This document shows, in pieces, positions 50,157 to 62,200 of a stretch of DNA of 64,000 nt; position 1 is the first letter of the stretch, and each line of letters starts with the position of its first letter. Under the pieces are notes generated by a model, which worked only from the letters and a program-made list of their open reading frames with translations, did not search any database and was not told the origin of the DNA. Source of the DNA: Entomortierella parvispora E1425 (lineage: Eukaryota; Fungi; Mortierellomycota); NCBI GenBank assembly GCA_020891255.1, contig BQFW01000006.1, positions 930,001 to 994,000 on the forward strand. Reading direction: 5' to 3'. Made by a program: the position numbers and the translations under genes.

Positions 50157-51428
50157 TCAAACATAACGCTGTTTGACAATGCCACGCTCATCATCCGTCT
50201 CTGTCGATTCGTCCTCTTCGGGGTATTGTTCCGAGGGTATATTTATGGTCGCGGTACTGGGGTCCTCAAAGGATGCGGCTGATATATCAACAAAAAAAGT
50301 GCGAAGAGCTGGTCCATTGCCTTCAAAAACCCCAAATCTGACGTCTTGAACTGAGGGTTCGTTGAATCGGCGCGCTGCCAGTGCTATCAATTCTACATCC
50401 GAATCGGTGTCATCTCCACCTTCATGCTGCAAGGCGCTTGACATAGGTCCCATGGGAGGCAGCAGCCAGAAGCGACTCCAGGCTGGTTGCTGAGGAATGT
50501 CTGAAGAGAACGTCAGAGGGCCAGGGCGAAGCCCAAGTCGGGGTTCAGAGTCGGAATCAGTCCTGTCTTCATCTGTGGCTTCAAGTTCATAGCATTGTTG
50601 CAAGCTGTTAGAGCCAAGCTCTGATGCTGCGCTGATGAAAACGCCGATGGCCTCTTCTGGTCGTATGCAGAGACGACGAGTAGTTGGCTCAGGTTCCGAA
50701 TCGGTTCTCTCATCGTCGTCGCCGCCAAAGTCATACATCTCAGAGTCAGTCGAGTCCATATGAGTATTGTAGCTGCCACTCTCCAGGCTGTCATACCGAC
50801 TGTCGACCGACCTTGTGCTGACCGACTTTGGGGGGCTGTTCTGGAAGGGGAGCGACCGCACTTGAAAAGGCGCTCCAGAAGTCTCTTCCAATCTGGTCTG
50901 TCCTCGCATCCAACGCTTCTTGCTTTTGGCCAACAATTGCGCCTTTGGGAGACGGCTTTGGCGAAGCTCAGGTTCGGAATCGGTCGCATCCGTGTCCCAT
51001 TTGACCTTGTCAGCCATGACCGACGCCTGACCAGAAGCACGAGCCGAGGCAGAAGCGAGGTCTAGAAAGTTCAGCCGCGGTCGCTTTGAGTTCTTTTTCG
51101 AAGAAGGACACGCGTTGGACCCTTGTACCTCGGTCTCAGATTCGGTCCTGTCCTTGTCTAGGTCCTGTTCCTCAAGAGTGTCGTCACTGGCTACATTAAG
51201 AAGCAATGCCACATGAGAATGGAGTCACTCTGTTTAGCCGGATGAAAGGCATTTTGATGGGGGAATGCATTTGTAGGTAGGAACGTGAATGTTGCATCGA
51301 AAGAGAGAAACAAAAAGAAGGCTACCTCCATCCCTTTGCGGAGTTGCAGGCAAAGCAAGGTCCAGCTCGCCTCGGAGTTCAGAGTCGAGTGACTCGCGAC
51401 GGCTTGCATGGAGAGCAGGGGCGGCCAT
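50157..51428 (-). CDS. Orphan 378-aa disordered protein with seven D-x-T-[DE]-[ST]-[DE] repeats; exons 51428-51326, 51190-50157
   Basis: The spliced frame is consistent (103+1034 nt = 379 codons). The repeats are DRTESE, DATDSE, DSTDSE, ERTDSE, DRTDSD, DDTDSD and ESTETD. Confidence 0.7.
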
Positions 51429-51625
51429 TTCCCTTGCAATGGTCGACACGGGTGGGCATGGGGGGTGCACAAGGAAGGGAAGGGCACAAGAAGACAAACA
51501 AGAGCGAAGAGACGGAGCAGAAGAAGGGTGCGAGACCAGACTCGCACGCACTATCGGCACGTGACCCAGCCTTTATTCGTGCGACAAGGTGCCCCCCGCT
51601 GCTGGTTGGACGCGTTTTATTGCAT

Positions 51626-52532
51626 TCAGTCTTTTTGCTCCTCTGCTTGTCCGGCTACATCCGTCTGTCCGTCTTGTTCATCATGGGGGTCTTGTTCGTT
51701 CTGATTGTCTTGTTCGTGATCCAGATCTCCTTGTTGATCCAGCTTTTCGTGCTCGTTCCGACTGTCTTTGTCGTCGTGTTCGTCCTGTGCGTGTAGGGAT
51801 GAACACTGCTCCTCTCTCCATCTCTGCATCACCTCTTCCTTGGGCTGATTCATTTTGATGACCTTCCATTGCGCATTGTTGTAGCGGGTGATCTGGAGCT
51901 GCCAGCCAAACTTGGGATGGTACTTGTGCTTTTTGATACCACAGACAGGCGGAATCAGTCAGCGATGAGGTCACACAGGTGAATTAAAACCAACAGCAAA
52001 GCCTTTTTTGTTCATATTACCGATGCTTCAAGGAGTATGATAAAGTCGTCTCTTTCAATCGGGGGAAGGTCTGCAAGCTTTGTGGCAAAATAAGCTACCC
52101 TCGTCTTGATGGAAGGATTCGCAACATCGGTGATGGTGAAGTTCAACAGCCAATCTAAATGATGCAAGGGCGGAAAACAAGGTCAGCATGGTTATCCACA
52201 CGGAGTGCTGTAGTAACAAAGATCAAGGAGGAGAGGGGAGCCTGCATCGCACCTCTGTTTCCGTATGCACATTGGAAGGCTTTCTTAGGCTCCTCTTCAA
52301 TAAGTCCAAAGATATTGACTCTGGATATCTCCCTGCCCTTGAGCTTTGACATGAATGTTATCTTGGGCAGACGCCGTGAACCTTTCCTGGACTTTTTCTT
52401 GAAGGCGACATCGGAGCGCTTGTCCGTTCGGTGGAGAGCAAGAGAAGGGTCTTTCAAAATCTGGTGCGAAGGCGGGTCAGCAGTATCAGAATCCAAGGGT
52501 AAGGATGCCGGGATGTCCTGTTGGCAAACCAT
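51626..52532 (-). CDS. POT1-like single OB-fold protein, 238 aa; exons 52532-52253, 52154-52021, 51928-51626
   Basis: The spliced core reads RVNIFGLIEEEPKKAFQCAYGNR-DWLLNFTITDVANPSIKTRVAYFATKLADLPPIERDDFIILLEAS-HKYHPKFGWQLQITRYNNAQWKVI. This follows the POT1/Cdc13 OB1 pattern (VNxxGxV...DWxxxFTIxD...F...LP.I..GD.ILL). Introns are GTGCGA..TTTAG and GTAATA..AAAG with CTGAC branch points, and the frame sums to 717 nt. Confidence 0.7.
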
Positions 52533-52806
52533 GGTATATGGACAGCAAGTGGAGCCGTGAAGGAGAGCGAGGAGAAAAAAACCAGAGGGATGGATAGGAA
52601 AGAGAGGAAGCAAAATTGGTCGCGCCAAAATAACTTCAGGATACAAAAATGCAGCCAAAAAACTGGCGAGATCACGTGCAGCTGCGCGTGCCATGCATTT
52701 TATTCCCTCCCCATTTCATGCATTCATCCTTCACTCATCCTCATCGAGTGCCCAGCTAGCCACTCTCAAACAGACGACAACCGTACCATCCGTTGACAAA
52801 GGCACC

Positions 52807-55163
52807 ATGGATGACTTTTACCAGTTTGTAAGCCCGCTCGAGGGCGCCACCACTCCTACCTTCCGTGCAGGAGCCACTACCACCACCGCGACAGGAGACA
52901 ATGCCGACAATGCTCCGGCCACAGCTACATCCTCAACCAACGAAGCTGCACCAGCTGCCACTCCCTCAGATACAGCGGCTGCAGCCTCCTCAAGATCCTC
53001 ATGGTCTTCCTGGGGGACATCTTCCGCTTGGGGTGCATCCTTCAACAAGCTGATTGAGCGCGGAAAGAAGGACATGAATGAGTTTGTCGAGGTTACCCGT
53101 AAAGATCTCAATGAGTTGGCGCAGACCGTCCAGCATGAGCGTTCCACAGCAATCGAGTCCCTTACAAAGAGAGTAGAGGTCATCAAAACGACCTTGCCAC
53201 CAATCCCTGCCTCGGTCAACTCTGCCTCGGCAGACATCCTTGGCAGGGTGACGCATGTTGTGGAGGGCATCAAACAGGAAATCACAGAGGCCGCCTCTGG
53301 GCTGTCTTCTCAACCCACAGTTGCCAGCGATGATGCAGCTTCTGATTCAGAGGAGCCTTCTGAGGAGAATGGAGTGGCAGCAGATAAGGAAATTCCAAAA
53401 GACTCTGAGGCCGAAGGCGTACCAACGGCGTCATCTGCAGGACAAGATCCTATCTCGTCGACTGCTACTACCACCACTGCCGTCGCTACTCCCACAAATT
53501 CATCACGCGCTGAAAAGACCACGCCCGCTCTCAGTTTCGCTAGCACGGCCAGTCTTCTCAGTGCTGGAGCCTCCACATTGAGCCAGACCCTGACATCCAG
53601 CACAAAGGACATTGGCACCACCGCGAATCAACTTTTCAAAAAGACGTTACCAGCCGTGGCAGAGAAACATTTGGGTGAGGCCGACCATTTCTTGAAGAGC
53701 ACTACCGAGACGCTGAAGACGAACGGACTGTTGGCGGAGCAATACGTCAACAAGTTTGGAGCAGGAATGGCCAACTTTTTGAACAATGCCGTTGTTATTT
53801 CAGCTCCGGAAGAGAAAGAAGTGTCGTCAAAGAGCAAGAAGATGTTGTATGTATATTGGCATATGCGCTTTCCTCCCTCGCCGGACTTGTTTGATTTCAA
53901 AGCCATCCCAAGTCTGACTCTTCAATGTTTTCTTTTATTATCCTTTCAGTTTTGATCGCAAAGCCGCAATGCTGGAAAAGTTGCGAATGGATCCCGACAC
54001 TTATATCTTGGACCCGATGACAACTATTGCTGACAATGATATCAAGGGGTTGGAACGCTACAAATATTTCCTGCAAACATTCAACATGGCGGAATACCAA
54101 CAGCGAACTGCCAGACTGCTGAATGAATATCCCGAGATGAAAACATTGATGACCAAGCTGAGTATGTAACTGGAGTAGCCTCTGATTCCAATATGCAGTG
54201 AATGGCTTCTGACTTGGCGTGTCATTTTGAAACCCATTGTGGAATAGTTCCTGTCGACGTCCCTGATGAGGAGCTTTTCTGGCAACGATACTACTTCCGT
54301 TTCTTCGAGATTGAAGAAGAGGAAAAGAGACGACAGAAGCTTGTTCAAGGTAGGACGATCTCTCCCATTTTTGCAGTTGCTCAGTCTTGTTTTTCTGGTC
54401 ATTATTCTAACTAATTTTAATAATTTTTCAGAGGTTGGAGCAGACCTCGCGGAGGAGGAATTCACGTGGGACGATAATGAGGATGAAGATGAGGACGAGG
54501 CTTCTGGAGGACAAGGAAGTGTGACACCAAAGGCAGAACGAGCAGCCTTCGATACCCAGACACCAAAGACCAGCCAAGGACCCTCTGTAGCAGAAAACAA
54601 CGACGAATCAGAAGACAAGCAAATTTCAGGATCAACCTCGACATTGAAGGAGGGCATCAAGCGAGAGCCATTGACCGCTGAGGCGTTGGCGTCGTCTCTA
54701 GCTGCCCTGCCTGTTCCAGGAGATGTGCCTGCGGAAGTGAGCGATGCGACGGCTCCTACAACTTCTTCCATTTCGGCTCCAGCGGCGACTACAGAATCAG
54801 AGGATGAATGGGGGACCGATTCCATCCGTTCTACGACTTCTCCTTCTGCTCAGTCGTTCTCGATCAAATCATCCACAGGTACGAAAAAATGAACGAATTG
54901 TCAGGCCTAGGATGTTAAGGAGCCTTGAGGTTGTATTTGACTCACATCATTCTATGACCGACCCCACCTGTTAGCTTCATCCCCAGTATTGGAGCAACCT
55001 GCTCGGCAACTGACGAGTGCTAGCGGCTCTGGCAAGCAAAAGTCAAGCGAGTCCAAGGTAAGTCACTCCTTTCTCTCGTCTCTTGCATGTTTATGTTTTT
55101 TGTCCGCTTTTCTTACGCTCTTTCTATCCTTAGGAGGAGGATGATTGGAGCGACTGGGAGTAG
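52807..55163 (+). CDS. BSD-domain protein (Dos2/SYAP1-like), multi-exon
   Basis: Segments LFDRKAAMLEKLRMDPDTYILDP, EYQQRTARLLNEYPEMKTLMTKL and IPVDVPDEELFWQRYYFR (BSD FW..YF), followed by EEEFTWDD. It ends EEDDWSDWE. Confidence 0.88.
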
Positions 55164-55491
55164 TGACACCCTTCCAAGAGCAGACAACGCCAGGAAACAA
55201 TTTGAATAAAGACATCAAAAAGAGAACAAAAAAAATCATGTGACGTTCTGTTGGCCGCCTTGGCGCCTGTCAAGGACCCTTTCTGCAGTTGACCTTCTTT
55301 GCCATCCTCCCTTGCCTTTCTTCTTCCACTGCTCCTCCATTCCTCCCGCCATTACCCCACTCATATAACAGCCTCATCTCTAGGCAACCCTCAAGACAGA
55401 CTGGGCAGGAACGCCTTTTATCTCAAAAACAGGTCATTTGTAGACCTCAACATCTCTTTTATTTCTTCAGCTGCACATCGTTACAAGCGTC

Positions 55492-58400
55492 ATGAGCAAC
55501 ATCCTTGCCATCGACTTCAAGCGGACAGAGCCCCTGTCCATGACAAAGAGCTTGAGCGACTACATTTCCACATCGTACGCCGAGCACCCAGACACCTACC
55601 AGGATGATTTTCGCGTCTTGGATGAGCTCAGGGCGGACATTGTTAACCTGGAGCCCCATCAGAACGCGCTCAACCGACTTCTCAAGTAAGTCAGGAGCAC
55701 AGCTTCGCCCTGGTGCTTCGTGGCGTAGAGTTTTTGGACTTTTGGATAGCTTGGCATTTTTTCTCTCTCGCCCGACTGTTGCATGGGGTGCCCATGTGAG
55801 CTCGTATTCACTCTATCCCGACCCTATTAGATACCACGCGCAGCTAGTGTTCATCAGCTCAAAGTTCCCAATCGATGTAAGCCAGCTGCCAAGCATTTTT
55901 CAGAAGCCATGCACGATCACACGGAGGATCGATTGTTGACTAACGTTGCGTGTCGCCCTCGACTGTATAATATTATAGACGGGCATTGAGTTCCCTTGGG
56001 CTTTGGTCAATAGCACGGACAAAAAGATGTGTATGTCTTTTGGATTATTGGTGTCAGGTCATGCCATGGACAGTCATCGTCTCATACTCACCAACCGACA
56101 TGTTATCTAAATTGCATCATTTTATTCTCATAATAGACTCGTTCAGGAACATGTACTATGAAAGAGCATGTATCTGCTTCAACATTGGGGCCATGTATAG
56201 TCAGCTGGGAAACAACGAAAATCGCAATACTGCTGAAGGATTGAAGCGCGCCTATGCTCACTTTCAGGTTTGTTTAAATCGCAGTAGATACATATAACAG
56301 GCGCGGGATTGACAAGCGTATGCCTTGCTAACTATCAAGAACCCCTTCTGATTTGAATGCACCACAGAATGCTGCCGGATCATTCCAGCATTTGCGGGAC
56401 ACTATTATTCCAGAGCTGAGGATTGCTCCTACGGTGGATATCTCGACAGCGGCGCTCACAGTGTACATCCAGCTCATGCTGGCTCAAGCGCAGGAGTGTT
56501 TCTGGCAAAAAGGAGCTCTTGGTGAGTGTGTAATATGAAATCAGGCGCGCATCACGAGTCAACACGTCTGACCAATTCATTGGATTCGTAGACCAAATCA
56601 AGGATGGAATTATTGCCAAGCTCGCAGCAAAGGTGGCAGATTATTATGAAGCCGCCAATGAAGGCGCTACTCACAGCTCCATGTCATCCCTCTTTACGAC
56701 ACCTTGGACGAGTCAAATGCAGGCAAAGGCATTCCATTTTGGTGCCGTCTCTCAATACCGAAGATCTTGCGAATGCATTTCACAAAACAAATACGGCGAA
56801 GAGATCGCTCGCTTACAGGTTGCAGAGAGGCTGGTGAATTCTGGACTGGATCTCCAACGAATCCTGAAGGAGACTGTTGTGAGCGACCTTCGCTCTCTTC
56901 AAACCGCTATCCACCGCAACCTGTCTAGAGCCGAAAAGGACAATGATATTATATACCTGGAGCCAATCCCGGCCGAGGCTTCATTGGTGGCTATTGGAAG
57001 AGCAGACATGAGCAAGGCAACAGTCATTCCCGAAATCTCCAACCCAGTACCGCTGATGAATGAGCACAACATGCTTTTGGGCGTACCATTGTTTTCGAGA
57101 CTGGTTCCTTTTGCGGTTCACCAGGCAGCCAGCGTGTACACGGAACGCAAGGAGAGAATTGTCAAGGAGGACATTGGAGGGAAATTCGATGAGCTTACTG
57201 GAATTTGCTACAGGTAGAGTTTAACGCCTTGAAATGATCTTGAACTCTTCCTGGACTACCAAAATGATCTGACACGATACTTCTTTATTCTTCTAGTCAA
57301 ATGCAAGCATTGAATCTCCCAGGGGCACTACAGGCATTGGAGCAGCCAGTTGGACTTCCCCCATCGCTGGTCGCACATATTGACGAGATTGTTGCTGAAG
57401 GTGGTGTGAGGGTTCTACACGAGATGCATGAAAACGTGCGGAATCTCTCTCGTCAAAATGCAGCAATCCTGGATGAAATCTTTGAGGCTCTTCAGCAAGA
57501 AGCGGAAGAAGACGATGCAATGAGACAGCGTTTCAAGGACAGGTGGAATCGGCCAACATCTGCGTCACTCACTGTTTCTTTTGTAGAGCAGGGTCGCAAG
57601 CACCGTGAAACACTGGAAACGGCAAGAAAGAGCGACCAAATTGTAAAGAGCAAACTGGAGGCCCTCCTTTCTACCTGGGGTAGATCCTTAGAGCTCCTTA
57701 GCAGCGGAAGAGTAAGAGCATGACAGGGTATGGCACGGTGGAAGCTATAGGCCACTGAGCTAATACTGATTGTTTTTATCTGATAGGCCGAAGTCGAGCG
57801 AGCAGTTCCTAATACTACCAACGCCCCCGGGTCATCGGACCCTGAGATTGTGTACGACCTGAAGATGCTGTTGGAGGAGGTGGACCAAATTATTAAAGCT
57901 CGCCGCATCAAGCTTGAAGAGATCAAACGCATCGCGGACGAGGATGACATTGGACCAGCTCTGGTTGCCATCACAAACAAATTGACAGCCAATTCCTCTG
58001 CGGTCAAAATCGAGCCTGCGCATTTCGAAGCATTGTTCCAGGAGCAACTCAAAAAGTATGACGGGTACAAACGATTGGTGAAGGAAGAGACGGCCACACA
58101 AGAGGATCTTTTGTTTGCCATTCAGGTAAAATACAATGTTTTGAGTAGTCAGCACGGCCTTAGTGACTACTGCACGCCAGACTGACATGTTTTTTGTTGA
58201 CTTTCCACCCTGTAGGAGACAAACAAGGCATTTGTTGCCTCGAGAAGAAGTAACTCTGTTGTCCACCAACGCGAAAAAGCATTGCAAAATCTCGATGCTG
58301 CTTTCCAAAAGTACAAGGCCATCCTTGGCAACTTTAAGGAAGGAATCCAGGTACGTTATTCTTGTCTGCAAATGCCCACGCTGTACTTCAATTTCACTAT

Positions 58401-59125
58401 ATCAGCACGTTCGAAATGCTTATACAACTTCTTTTTCTTCTCTTGATTAGTTCCATTGCGATTTTGAAAAGATCTTGGTTCGTTTGCGAGACAACTGCCG
58501 GGATTACTTTTTCGCTCGTAAAATGGAGGCAAAGGACTATTTGGGGTAATTAAGACGCTATGTGATCAATCGGTCCCCATTTTCATTTCTTGCGTCGCCA
58601 GCTCACTTATACTCTCTTTGTCATTTTTTTTTTTAAAAAAAATCGTTTATCAGAGAGGTAACGGCAGGCCTGTCAGCTATGGACATCAACCGAACTCAGC
58701 CACAGAGCCCCGTGAAATCTTCTCCATACGAGGCCGCTAGTGCTCCGCCTCGACCCTCTTCCGGGGGAACTGCATGGAACCCCAGTGTCGGTGTCCGATT
58801 TGGAAACAGTGGCAATACTTCGACAGCAGGATCTAATATCTCGGCTTTCAGCAACTCCAGCCCCTACAGTCCACAGCAGCAGCAGCAGCAACAGTACGGA
58901 GCACAGTCGGGTAGACCCGAGAATCTTGCTCAACAACTTCAACAGCAGTTTCAGCAAAAGCAACCTGCGCAAGCTCAAGCCAGTTTGCCCCCTCAAAACA
59001 GCAACAACAACAACAACAACAACCCACCGTACCCTCCTACAGCAGCTTCGCCTCCACAAAGCAACAACAATGCGGCTTGGGATCCAACGAAAGGAGTGTT
59101 CTTTGGTGGTAAACCCAAGAACTGA
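55492..59125 (+). CDS. palA/RIM20: pH-response regulator PalA/RIM20 (BRO1 + ALIX V domain), multi-exon
   Basis: Segments [94 protein letters not shown] and [19 protein letters not shown]. The tail is Pro/Gln-rich. Confidence 0.92.
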
Positions 59126-59241
59126 ACAAAATAAAAAAAACAATCATGTTCAATATCCACTTTTTTTTTTTTTTTTTTTTTTTTTTTTGTGCAAAGGCCA
59201 TCTAGAAGACTGTGGGGTTGTTTTATTGAGCTGTTGTCACC

Positions 59242-62200
59242 TTAGGATTGTGTCCACCAAATCTCCTTTCCTCTAACTTTGTGCACACGTCCAGAGACGG
59301 AGCCAATGACGCCTTCCTCATCGAGATCATCCGGCGCTATTCCAGAGACGGAAATCGCAGGGGCAACAGCTGTAGTTCCTGCTACACCTTTTGTTTCGAC
59401 TTGAACGAGCTCACTGTTGCCATCCTCCTGGCCCCGTACCAGCTGCTCCTCTGTCTCCAACATCACCTCAATGACATGAGGCGGCTGCTCTTGCTGTGGC
59501 TTTGAAGGGTCAAGAGTACCCTCGACGGGAGTCGGTGCAGTCAGCTGCACCATTGGAACAGCCGTCTCAAAGTCGGTCGACATCAAGGGCAAGGATCTCC
59601 GTGAGAATTTGTCGTCTCTCGAGTCCCCATACCCTTTCTCGTCTTCATCATAAGAGTATTCCTCAGCGGTGTACTCGCCATCATGGTCGTCTTCGGTATA
59701 CTCGCCCTCCAGGTCGATATCGTCATCGTCATCGTCGTCGTCCTCATAAGAATCCACCAGTGACTCGTTATCTTCGTTGGCTCGCCGCATAGCCTCGATC
59801 CGGCGCAAGCGGTCCCTGCCCAAAGCGCCCATGAATCCCAGCATCAGAGCCATCAAACTGTTTTGTTCCACCAACTTGACCAGCTCCCAGCCATGTCGAT
59901 CAGGAATGGCCGATCCTGGGGTGGGCATCTTGCACATCCAGGCGTCCTTGACGGCAGCCGCCACAATATGGTTGCCAGCGGTGGCCCATTCGGCGCCTGC
60001 ACCGCTGCCTAGTGTCGGACTGCCCGCGCCTAGAGTCGCCGCATTGGGTCCAAGAGATATGTGCGAGTCTCGAACAGATCCTTTGCCTGCCAGGGCTCCT
60101 GTGCCGCCCACGCCATTCTCGAGAGGTATACCGAGGCCAATACCTCCAATGGTCGTCGGCGTCACTGGGAGGGGCAGAGACGAGAGTGCGTCCGTAGGGC
60201 CGTTCGCGCCCTTGGTAGATGACGCCACCGCGACCTCGTCTTCATCCGACGCCTCAACTCCCAGGAGCAATTCCTTCAAAATCTGGAGTCCAATCGATTG
60301 CTCCAGTCCTGTATGCTCGTTCAGTCGATCTGCATTCTGACCCTTGGCCACCAAAAGACATTCCGTCAACACTCGAGCCCACTCATCCTTCTCTGCCGCA
60401 GAGGACGTTCCAAAGAGATACCGACGTCGAGTGCCCAGATCGTTCAGAAGCGAGATTTGGAAGGTATGTCTCATAAACTGTCGTTCGATCGCGATCGTGT
60501 GTTTGGTCGGCAAGGTTTGTAAATCATAAAAGTGCTCCGGCAATGCACCTGCGCCCGCCTTCTCGGTCGATAGCCGGGGTTGGATCGTCAGCGTCTTTCT
60601 TCCGGGGACGGATCCTGTAATCCTGAACCGTTGGCTCCGATGGGATCCAAACTCGAGGACAGAGGGTTCGCATTTGAGGTCCCGTCCTCCCAAGTGAATC
60701 GAAAAGGCTGGGTTCATAACAGGTACCGTGATGGTAATGGGATCCGAAGGAATTTTGAGCGTGAGTCTTGGAGGCAAAGGGGAGGGGGACATCATGATGG
60801 GCCAGAGCTTGCGCATCGCAGCCGGGACAGACGACGGATGAGCGCCATCTACATTCGTGCTGGGCTTGTCGAGGTCAATATCGAGTGGTTGATGACAAAT
60901 GGACGAGTAAATGTTGAGCAAGGTGTCCTTGGGGACAATCCGCTGTTGGTCCAAAAGTTGAAACATCTCCACAAAGGATTCTTTGGTCGGTGTTGGAAAA
61001 GCGGTCAAGTCATCCAGCTCCATGGTCAGGTATTGTTGCGCCGATGATGCAGGCGCCGAGAGATTCGAATCCATGACTGGGGTGGAGGGTATAGTGGGTG
61101 TAGAGGGCTGGGAGCCAATTCTGGGGCGCACCAGAGTCCCGACTTCTTCTCTGTCCTTGACCAAACTAGCTCCTTCGTTGTTGTGCAGTTGAGCATTCAG
61201 GACGAGCATGGCAATGACCAGCTTGTGGGCTATGGATGCATCAAACACCACGACGTTGACGTTTGCCTCGTACCACCGCTTTGTAAACTCGTCCAGGATA
61301 TAGTCGACCACATTGACGCTCTTATCGGATGATCCTGAACGTTGCTGAGCCGCCATTCTTTCCGGTAAGCTGACTCGACCCAGCAATATCCGCAGGGCCT
61401 CATCGAGAAGCACGCCCGCAAACTGACATTGGTCCAAGAACGATCTATACACGTGTCGGTTCGCAGGGGTGGCCAGGAACAACGCCAACTGTGATTTTGA
61501 GAGCTCAGGGGTCTTGAACAAGAGATAGGCCACCGAGACTGGGTCCGGATGCAAAGCCCGCTTCTGGATGAATGTGTTCAAGGCACGGGTTGGGTTCTGG
61601 TCAAACGTGTGAATAAACTCGGCCAGTGCAGGCGGGATCTTGCGGCCACCTGCATTGCCTGTATTCCCGCTCTTGGCATCTTCCTTGTCTCTGGACAGAC
61701 TGAGACTAATCTTTTTCAGCTCAATCACATCCTTGACCTGGAATCGACTCTCAATGGTCGGGTGTCCATCCGACATGGGTTTGGCAATCAGCAAGAGGTC
61801 GCTAAAGAGGAAGAGGTACCGGTCCTTGACGGTCGAAGTGTTGATAACCTGCAGAATCTTGCCGTGATGAACGCATTTCCGTGGTGGGTTGGTCAAGGAC
61901 ACTGGCTGCTTTTCCTTTGCTAATGGGTCCACTGTCAACAGACTGCCGCGAGGCATCCTTGGGTTGGGAGGCGCGGGAATCCTGCCATGCTTTGGCCTTG
62001 GCACCCGTCCCTCGGATCGAGGAGGAGGTGCCGGCAGTGGTGGTAAGGGCAGGTTGACAGTGTTGGGCGCAATGGGCAACATCGACCCCAGGTCAACAAG
62101 CGTCGAGAGATCGCCCGAGTGAACCATTAACTGAGGGCGAATCTCTGGGGAGCGAGACAGCGACACTCTGGGCGTGGAGCTGCCGGAGTTTGGCGAGTGT

